Shown in pieces: positions 1 to 12,832 of a stretch of 64,000 bases of DNA. The DNA is from Stegostoma tigrinum. Taxonomy: Eukaryota. The stretch spans positions 2,408,689 through 2,472,688 of the forward strand of contig NC_081369.1 of assembly GCF_030684315.1 (NCBI RefSeq), written 5' to 3'. Within the stretch, counting starts at the first letter, position 1, and the number at the start of each line of letters is the position of its first letter. Both the position numbers and the translations under genes were made by a program. Below the pieces are notes generated by a model. It was not told the DNA's origin. It worked only from the letters and a program-made list of their open reading frames with translations, and ran no database searches.

Positions 1-869
1 AACAAATGGTACAGTGAAGTTTTATTTTAGTGAAGATGAACTTGCAATCTAATTGCATAGAATCTTTAAGATACCTAAAATGCCATACAATATTTTCCAG
101 AAAACTGTTCATTTCACCCTGAAGATGTTTTGTTTCGATAGGAACATGAGAACAGATTAATGGGGAGCACGGTCATACAGATAGCAATGAAATAATTTAA
201 CGGATAAACAAAGGTGGTCCTTTCATTCAAAGAACAAAATATAAGAATTTGATTTTGATTTACATATATGCTCTTAGGCTTCTTATGCAATGTGCTTTAT
301 CATTGGGAATTTTTCATCCTCTTCCAGTCTGCACCTCTACACCTTAGTCAGCGAAACACAAGATTTCACAACCTGACAAGACCAGGAGAAATGAAGGTAT
401 GCATTTTCAAAGCTGAGAATCATGTTGAATATGACAAATTCAAGGGCAGTCTACTCAATGCATGCATTACTTCCAATAAGTAAATGATTAAAAACAAATA
501 AATAGAGATGAATAGCTCCAGTGTAATTGACATTACAAACATACCATTGCAGGATAATCAGAAGAACCAATTATTCAATAACATTCAATGGCGTTTCAGA
601 TGGACAAAGGAAAAGAAGGTATGTTCGCATTATGCCAGTAATAGGGAGTGGGATCAGTGAAGAAGGATTTCAGATTGGAATAACAAAATAAGCAATCTTC
701 TATGGTGGAACTAAGGAACAGCAAGCGCCTGGAAGCACTGGTGATTCTTATTAGCCATAAACACTGGTAGTAATCTGAGGCATAGGCTAAATAAAAAGAT
801 AAGCGTTGTGTGGTACATTGCTTTTGCAACAATCATGGCTGAATTCAATCTCTATAAATGCTCAACAAA

Positions 870-968
870 CTAATGAGCACCAAAGCAGTGAAGGATGAAT
901 TTTGAAGTGTCTTTGGGATAGTTTTCTTGAGTAGCCTGTCGAGGAACAGAGTAGAGTTCTGTGTCCAT
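870..968 (-). CDS. IgSF receptor probable terminal coding exon (Tyr-containing tail)
   Basis: Phase-0 acceptor ccttttcttgccacatgtttcaag then MDTELYSVPRQATQENYPKDTSKFILHCFGAH-stop. Minus-strand AATAAA at 21-26. Alternative phase-0 acceptors exist at 786 and 372. Confidence 0.45.
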   Translation of the reverse strand: MDTELYSVPRQATQENYPKDTSKFILHCFGAH

Positions 969-1159
969 CTTGAAACATGTGGCAAGAAAAGGTTAATTAA
1001 CAATGTTATTGCTAGGGAACCTTGAAACATGAGTGACTATACAATGATGGCGTTTTTCATTACAAGTATCAGAGTTGAAAGCGCTTGCAATACATTCAAT
1101 TGTTTCTTTCTACATGCTTTCCATATTAAAGGTTAAGTTGCATTTTTCTCATGGAAGAC

Positions 1160-2925
1160 ATGCAGGAGGCTGGACGAACACAGCAAGCCAGGCAGCATCT
1201 GGAGGAAAGGAGAAGTCAACATTTTGGGTATTATCCTTCTTCAGGACTGAATGTGGGGGTGGGGCAGCTGAAGATAAAGCCGGGGATAGGGAACGATAAC
1301 AGAATGGCGGTAATAAGTGTACACCGGTAGTAGACGTGACTTGGTTGGTCAGTGGGAGAGATGAATCTGGTTGGTGGCTGGAAGGGAAGATCAGAAGGTG
1401 GAATGGAAGGGAGGATGTGGGGCAGGAAGGGAATGCAGTGAATGGGTGTGAGGTTATTTGAAATTGGAGAACTCAATTTTGAGTCCTCCCTGCTGCAGGG
1501 TGCCCAGGCAGAAGATGTTGTTCCTCAAGTTTGTGTTGAGTTGCTGTGACACTGGAGATGGCTGAAGATGGACATACCTGAAGGAGAGTGAGGATGTGAG
1601 TTGAAATGGACAGTGACCAAGTGGTTAGGCACACCATTACAGGCCAGCCAACAATGCTCGGTGAAACAATCACCTAGTCTATATTTGGTCTTACTGATGT
1701 AAAGAAGACCACATCAGGAGCACCAGATGCAACAGACCAGGTTGGAGGAGATGCAAGTAGAGCTCTGTTTCACCTGAAAGAACAGTTGAAAGCCCTGGAT
1801 AGAAGTGAGGGAGGTGGTGTGTGGGCAGTTGTTGCATCTTTTACAGTTACAGGGCAAGATAAGGGAGTGGCTGGTGGGGAGTGTGGCATGATCTAAGAAG
1901 TGTCAAAGGGAATGGTCCTTGTGGAAGGCAGAGGGCGTGGGGAGTGGGAGATGTTCTGGGTGTTGGGGTCCAATTGCAGTTCATGGAAATGCTTGAGAAT
2001 GATATGTTGGATACAGAGGTTGGTGGTGGAAAGTAAGGACACAATGCATCTTCTCTTTATTACGTTTGGGGTTGGAGGCAGTGGTTAAGTGCTGTGGAGC
2101 AGAGAATAGAGGCGGAGTGGTGGGGGGCTGTCTGGATGACAGTGGGGGAAAAGAGCTTTGTTTGAAAAAGGCGAGCATCCAGATGCTTGGGAGTAGAATA
2201 TCTCCTTGTCAGAGCAGATGTGATGGAGACAAAGGAATTGGGAAAACAGGATTGAGTTTTTGCAGGATACAGGGTGAGAGGTGGTGTAGTTCAGGTAGCT
2301 ATGAGAGTTTGTGTGTTGACAAGAGATGTCCAGATGTAAAATGTTGCCAGAAATGGAGTTGGAGACCTCAAGAAAGGGTAGGGAGGTCTCTGAGAAAGAC
2401 CAAGTGAATTTGAGGATGGGGTGCAAGTTATTAGTGAAGCCAATGAAAAGCCTCAGTTCAGCCTGGGTGCAGGATGCAGCCCTGATGCTGTCGTCGATGT
2501 AACAGTGGAAGAGTTGGGGAACTGCACCAGCATACGTACCGAAGAGGGACTATTCACAGAACTGACGAACAGGCAGGCATAGCTGGGGCCCATGCCTGTG
2601 CCCATGGCAACCCCCTGGATTTGGAGAAGTGAGAAGAGTTGAAGGAAAAGTTAATGAGGGCAAGGACGAGTTCAGTGTGGCAGAGGAGGGTATTGGTGGG
2701 AGGAAACTGGATGTCTCTGTTGGAGAAGAAAAGACCAAAGACCAAGAGGCCTTCCATGTTGGGAATAGATGTGTTTTGGGATTGCATACCCATGGCAAAG
2801 ATGAAGTGCTGCTGGCAGGGAACTGGTCTTTTTCAAAGAGGTAAAAGGCATGGTTTGTGTCCCAGATGCGGGTGGAGAGTGCCTGGTCCAAGGGGGATAG
2901 AATGGAGTTGAAGTAGGTCAAGACA
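1160..2925 (-). mobile_element. Degenerate Penelope-like retroelement
   Basis: Frameshifted RT peptides (SHSYLNYTTSHPVSCKNSILFSQFLCL, LVLALINFSFNSSHF) and a terminal repeat at 1160-1250. Confidence 0.85.
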
Positions 2926-3033
2926 GTAAAACTTTTTGATTTCATGCAGATAGATTAAAACATATTATTTTGATTGCAATGTCTGAATCATTCAGATGAA
3001 TTTCAAAGCAATGTTGAAGACAAAAAGCCTTAC

Positions 3034-3077
3034 CTCATCTTTGTGTTGAGTAGGATTTCTTACTTTTTCCTTTGATC
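3034..3077 (-). CDS. IgSF receptor exon 5: membrane-proximal cytoplasmic segment
   Basis: Acceptor ttattgtcaccag, donor GAG|gtaagg, 44 nt, phase 1 to 0. Encodes GSKEKVRNPTQHKDE. Confidence 0.7.
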
Positions 3078-3531
3078 CTGGTGACAATAAATTCAGCATT
3101 AATTGTCAAGCAAGGTGTGATGTTTGCATTCGTCTGTAAGCCAACAAAATACCATGCAATTCAAACAGAAGCACAGTATAATAGGCAAATTGGATTCAGA
3201 ATGTAACTCAAAAGTTACAGAATGAACACAAGTGCATTAGTTTAGTTACGTCTTGAAGCTGTGGAAATAATACTTCTTCAGTCAAATTCACTGGTCCAAC
3301 TTGAGATCTGAAAAGATAGGCTTAATCATACTAAAGCTATGAGCCTGAACATTTCAACAAATTTGAAAGCTGAAGTGACACAAATGCTTGCAAGCAGTTT
3401 CACATCAATTTTTTTTTATTTTAACTGGACAATTCAGATTTCATCACTCAATTATATGAATGCAATTCAAGTTGTTTAATCAATATTTGAATCAAAGTTA
3501 TTTCATTTAGTATACATATTCCTATTTGTAC

Positions 3532-3639
3532 CTTTAGATATAATGAAGAGAATACACTTCACAATCATCGCTGTGCACAATAGAATTGCAAGTGCTCCAA
3601 AGGCATATCCAGCAATATTGGCAACACTGATTTCGGGGG
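3532..3639 (-). CDS. IgSF receptor exon 4: transmembrane segment
   Basis: Acceptor atagatttag, donor AAAG|gtacaa, 108 nt, phase 1-1. Encodes APKISVANIAGYAFGALAILLCTAMIVKCILFIISK; this reading frame is not in the ORF track. Confidence 0.75.
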
Positions 3640-4214
3640 CTAAATCTATTTGATGGACATAAAATTAAAATTAGAGATTGCATTGGAAACAGAGACAGAA
3701 ATTTAACAATTGCATGCTTCATTTCCCATTAAACCATCTTGTTAGTATTCTAATACTGTTCATGAAATCTTTCATATCAGTTTCTGTAGTCAGCTTTCTG
3801 ATATGCTATCGGATACAAAGAGAGGAAATCATGAGAACTTGGCAAAATTACAGCAATAAAGAATTTAGAATAGTCATTTTTAATTAATGAAGTGAAGGTA
3901 ATTTATGTATCCAACACCAGCAGCATTCAAGTATAAAGGGATCAGATTTGATAGCAGTTATAGTAGGACAATGTTCTCCGAGATTCATGTTGGAGCATAA
4001 AGTAATTGACACCATTTTAAACAAAATCTTTCTCCATGTGCAAGCAGTCTAAATGTCGAGTGGAGACAAATATATTTGTAATGCGCTGGGTTAACAATGC
4101 AGAATTTTAAACTCTTGGCTCATGGATTTTTATGTCTTGAGCACAGGTGGTGAAATTTGAATTCAATAAAAAGCTGGAATGGTGTCTATCATAGAAAACA
4201 CTAGTCCCCTTGCT

Positions 4215-4715
4215 CTAGGAAAGATATTGTTAAACTTAAAAGTGTTCAGAAAAGATTTATAAGGACATTGCTAGGGTTGGAGCATTTAAGCTATAGGAGG
4301 GGGGAATAGGCTGGTCTTATTTTCTCTGGAGCATCGGAGGCTGAGGGGTGAACTTATAGAGGCTTCAAAGATCGTAGGATCATGGATAGGGTGAATAGTC
4401 AAAACTATCTTGAGATTAGTGGAGTCAAAACTAGAGGGCATAGATTTAGGGTGAGAGAGGAAAGATTTGAAAGGGACCCAAGGAGCAAGTATTTCATGCC
4501 GAGGGTGGTGCATGTGTGGAATGAACTGTCAGAGGAAGCGGTAGAGGCCGGTACAATTACATTTAAAAAAACATCTGGATAGGTGCATGCATCAGAACAG
4601 TTTGGAGTGATATGGGCCAAATGCTGGCAAATGCAACTAGAGTTATTTTGGATATCTGCTCAGCATGGGCAAGTTGGAGTGGAGGATCTGTTTTCATGCT
4701 TGTGCCTCTATGCTT
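4215..4715 (+). mobile_element. CR1 3' fragment
   Basis: KTRGHRFRVREERF...RVVHVWNEL plus 3' UTR. Confidence 0.85.
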
Positions 4716-5059
4716 CTGAGACCAGGTAGTTTACTTAATGTCATTTTGGAAGTCCTTCTGCCATTGTTCAAACATGCTTCCTGACATTGTTAACTGGCCT
4801 ACTAGTTACTCACGACAAATTGGATGGTTGTTAACTGCTCTCTTGGCAAATTGGTAGAGACAATAAATGTCCTCCCAGTAAATACCAAATTCAATGAATA
4901 CAAGAAGAATGACAAAACTATGTTTATACTTTGATGAATGGGGATATTCACCACAGGCTACATTGGTTTCTGAATGTATGTGAAGATATTCAATGGGCTT
5001 CAGAAGAAATAACAACAAAAGGGAATGCTCAATGAATTGCAAAACACCATGAATTTCAG

Positions 5060-5270
5060 ATAAACAGGAAATCTTGGACTTCTTGTTCACAGATCACTGA
5101 AGATGGCAGGGTAAGTTAATAGGATGGCTAAGAACCATGCAGGGCAAATGCTTTCATCTGGAATGGTGTAGATTAGAGGAGGAGAGAGGTTACGTTTGAA
5201 TTTCACAGGATTTCAGTTAGTCCAGAGCTGGAGTACTATTTGCAGTTCTGGATGCCACACTATAGTAGGG
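5060..5270 (+). mobile_element. CR1 fragment, left half of provirus A target (continues 10485-10960)
   Basis: LEYYLQFWMPHY on the left; the decayed ERVQRRFTR-type motif resumes right of the 3' LTR. Confidence 0.7.
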
Positions 5271-6066
5271 TGTAGTGTTGGGCTTAAAAATATCTCCTGA
5301 ACAGACCATTAGTGTGATTCATTAGGATTAATTGGACATGACAATGTCAGTTGAAGATAAGTGTAAAATTACAAGGTCACTGCAAAACAACCTCTTTTGG
5401 CTTGGAGGGAAACACAATATTGCACAGTTAAAAAAGGAACCAACTTGAAAGTGTTTGTAACCTGTTTTTGCACAGTGGTATGCGTGAGAAAGCACAGAAA
5501 ATGCTATCAAATAGTGAAGCAGCATGTAACATTTGGTTCAACACAGTTTTAATGTAGGGGACTTTGCCCCAATCATTGGACTTTCACCACTGGGCGTGAG
5601 ACAGGTGTCGTGGAATTGGAGATAGAGCCATCGCCAAAGTCCCCGAGGAGCGGAAAGACAGTGTGAAACTCGTATGTTTAATATATATCTCAGTTGGTTC
5701 AGGTCTCCCGTTAGCTTTAATACACATGTGAGTGGGGCAAAGTCCCCGATATTAATAATGTTTTGAATCTAACGTTACACGCAACTTCATTATTTGGTAG
5801 CATTTTCAAGGTTTTCTCACGCATTCCACTGTGCAAAACAGGTTAAAAACACTTTCAAATTGGTTCCTCTTTAACTGCATAATATTGTGTTTCCCTCCAA
5901 GCCAAAAGAGATTGTCTTGCAGTAACTTTGTAATTTTCCACATGTCGTCAGCTACACATTGTCATGTCCAATTAACCTCAATGAATCACTCTAATGGTCT
6001 GTTCTGGGGATATTTTTAAGCCCAGCATTACACCTTAGTATAGTGTGGCAACCAGAACTACAGATA
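5237..6066. repeat. Long inverted repeat, arms 5237-5575 and 5729-6066, 153-bp spacer
   Basis: The arms are reverse complements over ~340 bp. ORFs 5328-5525(-) and 5831-6019(+) both read CFPPSQKRL. Confidence 0.92.
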
Positions 6067-6165
6067 CGTTGTGTTTTAATCTAATAAATTACATATATTG
6101 AAGTACACTAGTAATCATTTTGATCAGAATTTCAAGAGCCAGTTATGTACTTCCATTCGAAAAAG
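5271..6165 (+). repeat. 5' LTR of provirus A (contains an inverted duplication)
   Basis: Starts TGTAGTGTTGGGC; homologous to 9832-10484 and to the LTRs of copy B. Confidence 0.75.
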
Positions 6166-9100
6166 TTGTTGCCGCAGATAACAAGAACAGATGCTGTGGT
6201 CAGAGTGAACACAGTGTGGAGCTGGAGAACACAGCAGACGAGGCAGCAGCAGAGAAGCAGGAAAGTTGAAGGGACCCGACCCGAAACGTCAACTTTCCTG
6301 CTCCTCTGACGCTGGCTGGCGGCAGAGTTCCACCAGCTCCACAGTGTGATGGTTCTGATTCCAGCATCTGAAATCCTTGCTGTCTCAGAGCACACGAGTA
6401 TAGCCTACGAAGAAAACAAAAAAAACTGGGAATCACAGCGGGTCAGGCAGCATCCATGGAGAGAGAGGAAGCTAACGTTTTGGGTCTAGATGAATCGTTA
6501 TCAGAGTTTGTAGAGTCTGGAGGAGGCAGCATTTATACATTGGGGGGCTGGGTGGGTGGGGGTTCGTGCTGGGGTGGAAAGGATGTTGATAGTGCTGATT
6601 AAGTGATCCGAGTGTGAGAAGGGCAGAACAATGGTGTCTCTAACTGCCGGGCTGGTAAGAACAGACAGTCAAACTGTATAACCTGCAAATTGGCCACATT
6701 GCAGCACAAACAGCGGGTGAGTACGAAAAAACAAACAAACTAGAAAGTGAATCCAGCTGAAGTTCCCTTTTTTATTCGCTTCAACTGATCAGGTCCCCGA
6801 TCACTGGGATTGGTATCTGTCTGATTTGGAGTACGAGCAGACTGATGGGGGACAATGTGCCCCTTAGTGCGCCCGTTAGTAACTAATACAGCTAAGGGGC
6901 GCGGCCAGCAGGACCCCAACAGCATGCTCTCATTGTGTGGGATTACCCACTGACAGAATTGCAGGTTTTGGGAGAAAGAACTATTCTGTCAGAAAGCAGG
7001 GCATTGGGAGTTTGGATAACCCGGCAGTGGGACTCCGTGGCGTCTAATGTTTCTCTCAATAATGAGGAGCCTTGTCTAAATACACAGCCACACATAACGC
7101 TCTACATGGAGCACAAGGAACAGGAGCATTAGCTGCATGGATACGCGAAACAGTGAGAACTAAGTATCCGGACCACTCATGGATTGGGAGCCGAAAGCTG
7201 TCCCGGAGCATAAAATATCACAAGGAAGTGCCTGATTCCGGTCTAAGCTACACAAACGGGATTGTACACGAACAATCTCCACGGTGGACCGAATGAGAAT
7301 CCAGCTCATGCACATTGGACCAACACATCTCAGAGGGACGCTGCTGGCAATGTTGGGGCCAGCTCAGGGCAGAGCAGTCGGTGAAGCCGAAATTTTGTTT
7401 GGACAGTAAGTGGATGCGGAAGTGCACCAAGCTCATGCAGGAGAGCGGTAACAAGGGAAACCCAGGAAAGGACGGGAAGCGAATGAGGAAATTCAGCAAA
7501 ATGAGATATTTACTGCTTTATGGAAAACAAGCACAGACAAGTCTGAAATAGACAGAAAATGCACGATTTCACCACGAGTGTTATATGTTCCCTCTGGAAG
7601 AAGATTTGTAAATCCGGTAAGGGACCAAACGGGACACCGACCCATCCCATGGTGTGAGGACCCAATTCTGATTAAAATGCTCCTTCCCAGAAAACAAAAG
7701 AGGATACATCAGAGTTCCTTCTGCACCTCACGAGAGGAACTGGTGCAGATATAGAGAGCGAGTAACCCCTTAGACTGGGAAGGTGGCCGGGACACTGAGA
7801 TATGACCAAAAGGGGGAGTCGACTCAGTGTCACAATTCATTGGAGAAATGGAAACAAACAGCACATTGTGGCCTGGCTTGCTATCTTCCAGACATTCGGA
7901 AAGTTAAATGCCGATAAATAGCTTCGAGAGAGCGGAAACACCGGTGGTGCGGGCACTGGTGCGATTGGCAATGGAGAATAGACCACCGCGGATGGTATCT
8001 GTGTTAATATGCAGCATAAGTAAAAATATTATGCGGATGGATGTTGTGAGGGAGATGGAAGTATGAACCGAAGAAGGAAAGTCTTGTTTTGTTAATGGTG
8101 ATGAATGTGGTAGTTGGGAAAGCGAAGTGGAATACATTCCATTCCTTTCACGAATTGTTAATGGTGAGCAGTATTGAGGACATAAGGATATCGCAGATAC
8201 TATTGAAGGGTCAGTGACAGCAAGAGTTGTATGATCTGCTGCCTTCCTATATAACTGCCTTGTATGGTCAGTACAGAACGGGTGGTAACTGGAGAATGAG
8301 GGCCATTGACTGACAGTTAAAACAACACACCCCAGCGTTGGCATTGGCTCTCCCAGATATTGTAACATTATTAGAACAACTGTCATTGGGAGCTGATGAA
8401 TGGTTTGCCAGAATCTACCAAACTAATACTTTCATTTCCTTGATGAAAATTCACAGAATCAGGTAGCTTTCACACAGGAGGGCAGAGAGCACACAGTTTG
8501 TAGGTTGCATTTGGCTACTTGCACCGTCCAACTTTCTACCATGGTTTAATGGCCAGGATCTGGAGATGTTCCCTCTCTCCAGCAATATAACAACCCTTTA
8601 TTTTGATGATACATGGCCCTTCAGATGAAGCAACAGCCGAAGACACGGCTACTTTGACTCAGCACCCACGGAATAAAGGCTGGGAAATTAATCCTAAAAA
8701 AAATCCAGGGACCAAGTCGGTGTGTTATTTTGCTGAGTACACAATGGACAGGGGAGAGGGTGTGATTTCTGATAATGTGAGAAATAACATCAGTGAGGTT
8801 CAGGCTCAAACCTCTAATGGCCCAAAGCTTTGTGGCGATGTTAGGTTATTGGAGAAGGCATGTGCCTCACTTAACCTAATTACACCTCACCACAGAACTT
8901 GTTTCTTACTATGACTTTGAGAAACAGCTCCTGAGAGAGGTATTACCCTGCAGTGGCTTATATGCGGGATGATCAGCTGGTGTGTCAAATTACGACAGAG
9001 ATAAAGGAACGTAAACCATCTTGGGGATAGTTATGTGGGCCATGAATTCAGCTCCATTAAGTGTTGCACAGTTCCCCATCTTCAGCAGTTGTATGACACT

Positions 9101-9831
9101 TGCACTCCAAGCCGAATATTGTTTAAAACGTGACAGCAGAGATAACGAAGAGTAATAAATAACCTTCGCATTGCCGCTCGGTGTGCACGCGGTCAACGTT
9201 ACAGAGGCGAGGCAGGGGAAATGTACTCGTCACTATTCTAGGCTGAGCAGAGGCGAGAATAGATTTGTTAACTTCCGTGGGTATTGAGACTGTACAAACT
9301 AGTATTGCTAAAGCTGGGCAAGTAACTGAGAAAGGTATTAAACTATTTGCTGTGTGGGGAAAACCATTAGCCCATAGAGATTTAGCAATTGGTTTTTGAG
9401 CGACAGGGTTCAGAAGTTTGCTCATAGCACCCACACATGTGATATTTTAGAATTTGCAGGCTTTCCTTGCCAGGGCACCAGCAGATCAGTTCTTACTTGA
9501 CAACATTACACCACGGCTTCTTACAGCAAGTAACTGCCTTAACTTATAGCTGCGATCAATTGATTCACAAAGTTGACAACGTAGGAACCCTCATTATGTA
9601 TCATTAGTGGGTCATATTTAACAGGTGGTCACCAAAAGTTTCAGCAGTACGTTCACTTTTACGGTATCCAATTGTTTATATTCTTGTTAACTGTTTGTTT
9701 CTAGTCTTTATGTACCCGTATAATGGCCTGTAAACTATACCGCATGTATAAAGAACTTGGAGCTGACGACCAGCATGTACGTGCTTGTATAAGGTTTTGA
9801 TAATCTATTTTGAAGACATCACTGGGTGTTG

Positions 9832-10484
9832 TGTAATGTCGACTTAGAAATGACATCTTCAAACCAGACCATTCAGGGTTAACCATTAATGGTTAATTGG
9901 ACGCGGAATTCAGCAATTGAAAAGAAGTGGAAAATGATAGTTTTAGCGTAAAAACGGCCTTTTTGACTCACACATAACTTCATGACATTGGGTGGGAAAC
10001 AGAGTGTCGTGCAGTGAAAAAGGAGCCATTTGGAAGATGTTTTTCAGCTTCTTTTCTGCACAGTGGAATACCGGGGACAGTACTGCACGTCGTATGAAAT
10101 GGTGACAAAGCGTGTAACAGTACATTCAAAACAGTATTAATATCGGGGACGTTGACCCAGTCATTGGACTTTCAGCTTTGGGCTGGAGTTCGTGAGACGG
10201 GCACCGTGGAACCTGAGATAGAGTTCCAAGTGCTATCATCGCCAAAGTCCCCGCCGAGTCCGAAAGGCAGTGTGAGAATCACTTTTTAAACATATATCTG
10301 AGTGTTTTAACCTATCCTCTTAACTTTAATACATGTCCATAATTTAAAATGTCGACTATTAATTCATATAAGCATGAAGTATTAACTGAATAAATTAGCG
10401 AAATAATGAATCTGTTTGTCTTCTTGTAATCATTTCCATCAGACCTTAAAATTATCCGTTACACACTATAGGCCTAACAAAACG
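9832..10484 (+). repeat. 3' LTR of provirus A
   Basis: Starts TGTAATG, AATAAA near 10389, ends ggcctaacaaaacg (copy B ends ggccgaacaaaaca). Confidence 0.8.
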
Positions 10485-11344
10485 GAAAGATTTGCTAGCA
10501 ATGGGGAGAGTGCAGCGGAGATTTACCAGGGTGCTGTCTGGTTAGGAACATTTGAGCTTTGAAATTTCTGGAGAAGCACGGACTGTTTTCTTTAGAGCAG
10601 AGCAGGTTGGGATGAGGCCTGATTGAGGTGCACATGATTATGAAGGCATTGACAGGGTGGATGAAAAGCAATTGTTCTCTTTAGTTGAAGGGTGAATAGC
10701 GTGAGGTCATAATTTGTGGAGGGAAAGCCAAGAGATTTAGAACGAAATGGGGAAGGATGTCGGGCGTCAGGAATTCACTGCCTGGGAGGGTAGAGCAAGG
10801 TGGAAATAGGAATGGACATGGACAAGCAATGAAAACTTCACAACATTCAAGGCTGTGTGCCAAGTACTGGAAAGTGTGATCTGAGTGTTTTAACCTATCC
10901 TCTTAAATAGGTGGGCTACACCCAATGGACCAAAGGGCTGTTTCTGGGCTATATAACATGACGATATTCATTTCGCAGGAAGTTACGACTGCAGATGCTG
11001 GAAGCTAGAATCAATAAATGTGGAGCTGGAAAAGCACAGCAAGTCAGACAGCATCCCAAGAGCAGGAAACTCAACACTTCAGCCTGAAACATTGACTTTC
11101 CTGCACCTTGAATGCTCTCTGACCAACTGTGTTTTTCCACCTCGACATTTATTGACTGATTTTCGTCTCTATCTCGTTTTCCCTCTTTAACGTATCCAGG
11201 TATTGAATTTAACCCTGAACGTATCTTCTGAAATGAATTGCAGCATTCTGCTTTTTATTAAAATTATGGGACCTCTCAATGGCGAATATTCGCTTTTGGC
11301 AATACCTCACCTGACAACACATTCGGAATAAGCCTAATGATGAG

Positions 11345-11657
11345 ACTAGATTCCCTACAGTGGGGAAACAGGCCCTTAGGCCAAACAAGTCCACACCGCC
11401 CCTTGAAGCATCCCACCCAGAACCAAACCCCCTCTAGCCCACACACCCCTGCACACTACGGGAAATTTAGCATAGCCGATGCACCGAGCGAGGACATCTT
11501 TGGACTGTGGGATGAAACCGCAGCACCCGGAGAAAACCCACGCAGACACGGGGAGAATGTGCGAACTCCACACACACAATCGCCCGAGGCTGGAATCGAA
11601 CTCCGGCCCCGGACGCTGTGAGACTGCAGTGCTAACCACTGACGCACCGTGCCGCCC
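11345..11657 (-). mobile_element. HE1-type SINE (absent from paralog B)
   Basis: Reverse complement of the 29442-29759 family; the empty site lies near 50825. Confidence 0.9.
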
Positions 11658-11826
11658 AACAAGTCCACTCCACCCCTGAAGAAAGGAAAGCTTTAACCAG
11701 ACAACAGTATCAAATTTCAGGATGGCTATAATCAGAGGGAATTGACTGCAATAATCTCTTCGAAGTTCGGCAAACTTTTAAAACAATGTCTCAAAGATTA
11801 CCGTACAACGTGGCATAGAATCTTAC

Positions 11827-12132
11827 CTTCTTTTGTAACAGTGTAGCTGGCATTTACTGGAAATGAGATCGAAACGTGATAGACTTGACACATGTAGACT
11901 GTATTACTTTCGGGTATATTTGGCACGTCCAGGGAACTGACCACTTCAGAAAGTGCCTCGCCTTTTGCCTGCTGTACATTTCTAAATCCAGTGAAGATTT
12001 GTGCACCGTTTCTGTACCAAATAAGTTTAAAGTCTTCCGGATAAAAGCCAGATGTCCTACATTGCAGCTTGAAAGAAGCAGGTGAAGGGTCTTTGGAGTG
12101 GATCGATGCAATTTTCAGGGGAGCTGGTGAAG
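11827..12132 (-). CDS. IgSF receptor exon 3: C1-set constant domain
   Basis: Acceptor atttacaattcag, donor AAG|gtaaga, 306 nt, phase 1-1. C1 hallmarks LQCRTSGFYP, LIWYRNG, VVSSL, YMCQVYH. Confidence 0.93.
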
Positions 12133-12832
12133 CTGAATTGTAAATAACAACATTTGAATACATGTGAACATTAGACTTTTATTCCAAAATGAAACGATTT
12201 AATGAACTAACCAATTGTTAATTCTGGGTATCGCAGCTGCATTGATTGTTGCTATTTACACTGGTCGGGGTTGCTGTTACCTTTATCACGTCGGGACCTC
12301 CTAATGCAATTGTTACATCACTTGCATATTCTGCAAAAGTGAATACTACTTTGTGCCCATATTAATTAATGCAAATATGTTTGAACTTTCATATTGTACA
12401 CTCCTCGGAATTGGCAGTTTGGGAACTGGATTGCAGGCATTGAGACGGTCGCAGTCCAAACAAGGGGAATAGGAACTTGGCTTTTCAAATTGAAAATAAA
12501 ATGACATTTAACGGGCTTAATATTGCCAATAACCTCTGGACAATTCGCTCTGTTACTCCATGCTTAGATTGTAAAAAAAGTGCTTCACTTGGAAGTTTTG
12601 CATTAGCGTTCGATGCAAAACAAAATTAAATACCATTTGCTGATACAGTACAGTTGCTGAACTGTGTCCTGTCGCTGGTGATGATTTCTTCTTTTACCAC
12701 ATTAGTGAACAAGACATTCCGAAGAAGTGAGCGATTTTATATTCTTTGTCTATATTTATGGAAATGAAACTGCCAACTCGCATTCACTCTTCAACGGAAC
12801 CAAAACTTCACGTTTACTGCGGTGACACTTAC

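Larger units (their letters stand above)
5271..10484 (+). mobile_element. Degenerate, internally deleted class III (ERV-L/S-like) provirus, copy A
   Basis: LTRs at 5271-~6165 and 9832-10484, PBS-like ttgttgccgcag at 6166. Gag-like EIFTALWKTSTDKSEID (~7500), protease-like VTIHW, RT remnants PDIVTLLEQL and DENSQNQVAF (8350-8620). Env remnants RRGRGNVLVTILG (~9205) and WVIFNRWSP (~9610). Inserted into a CR1 fragment that resumes at 10485. Confidence 0.85.

Noticed and set aside
7904-9434. Minus-strand ORFs of 160 and 103 aa
   Set aside because: Antisense shadows of decayed proviral pro/pol/env.
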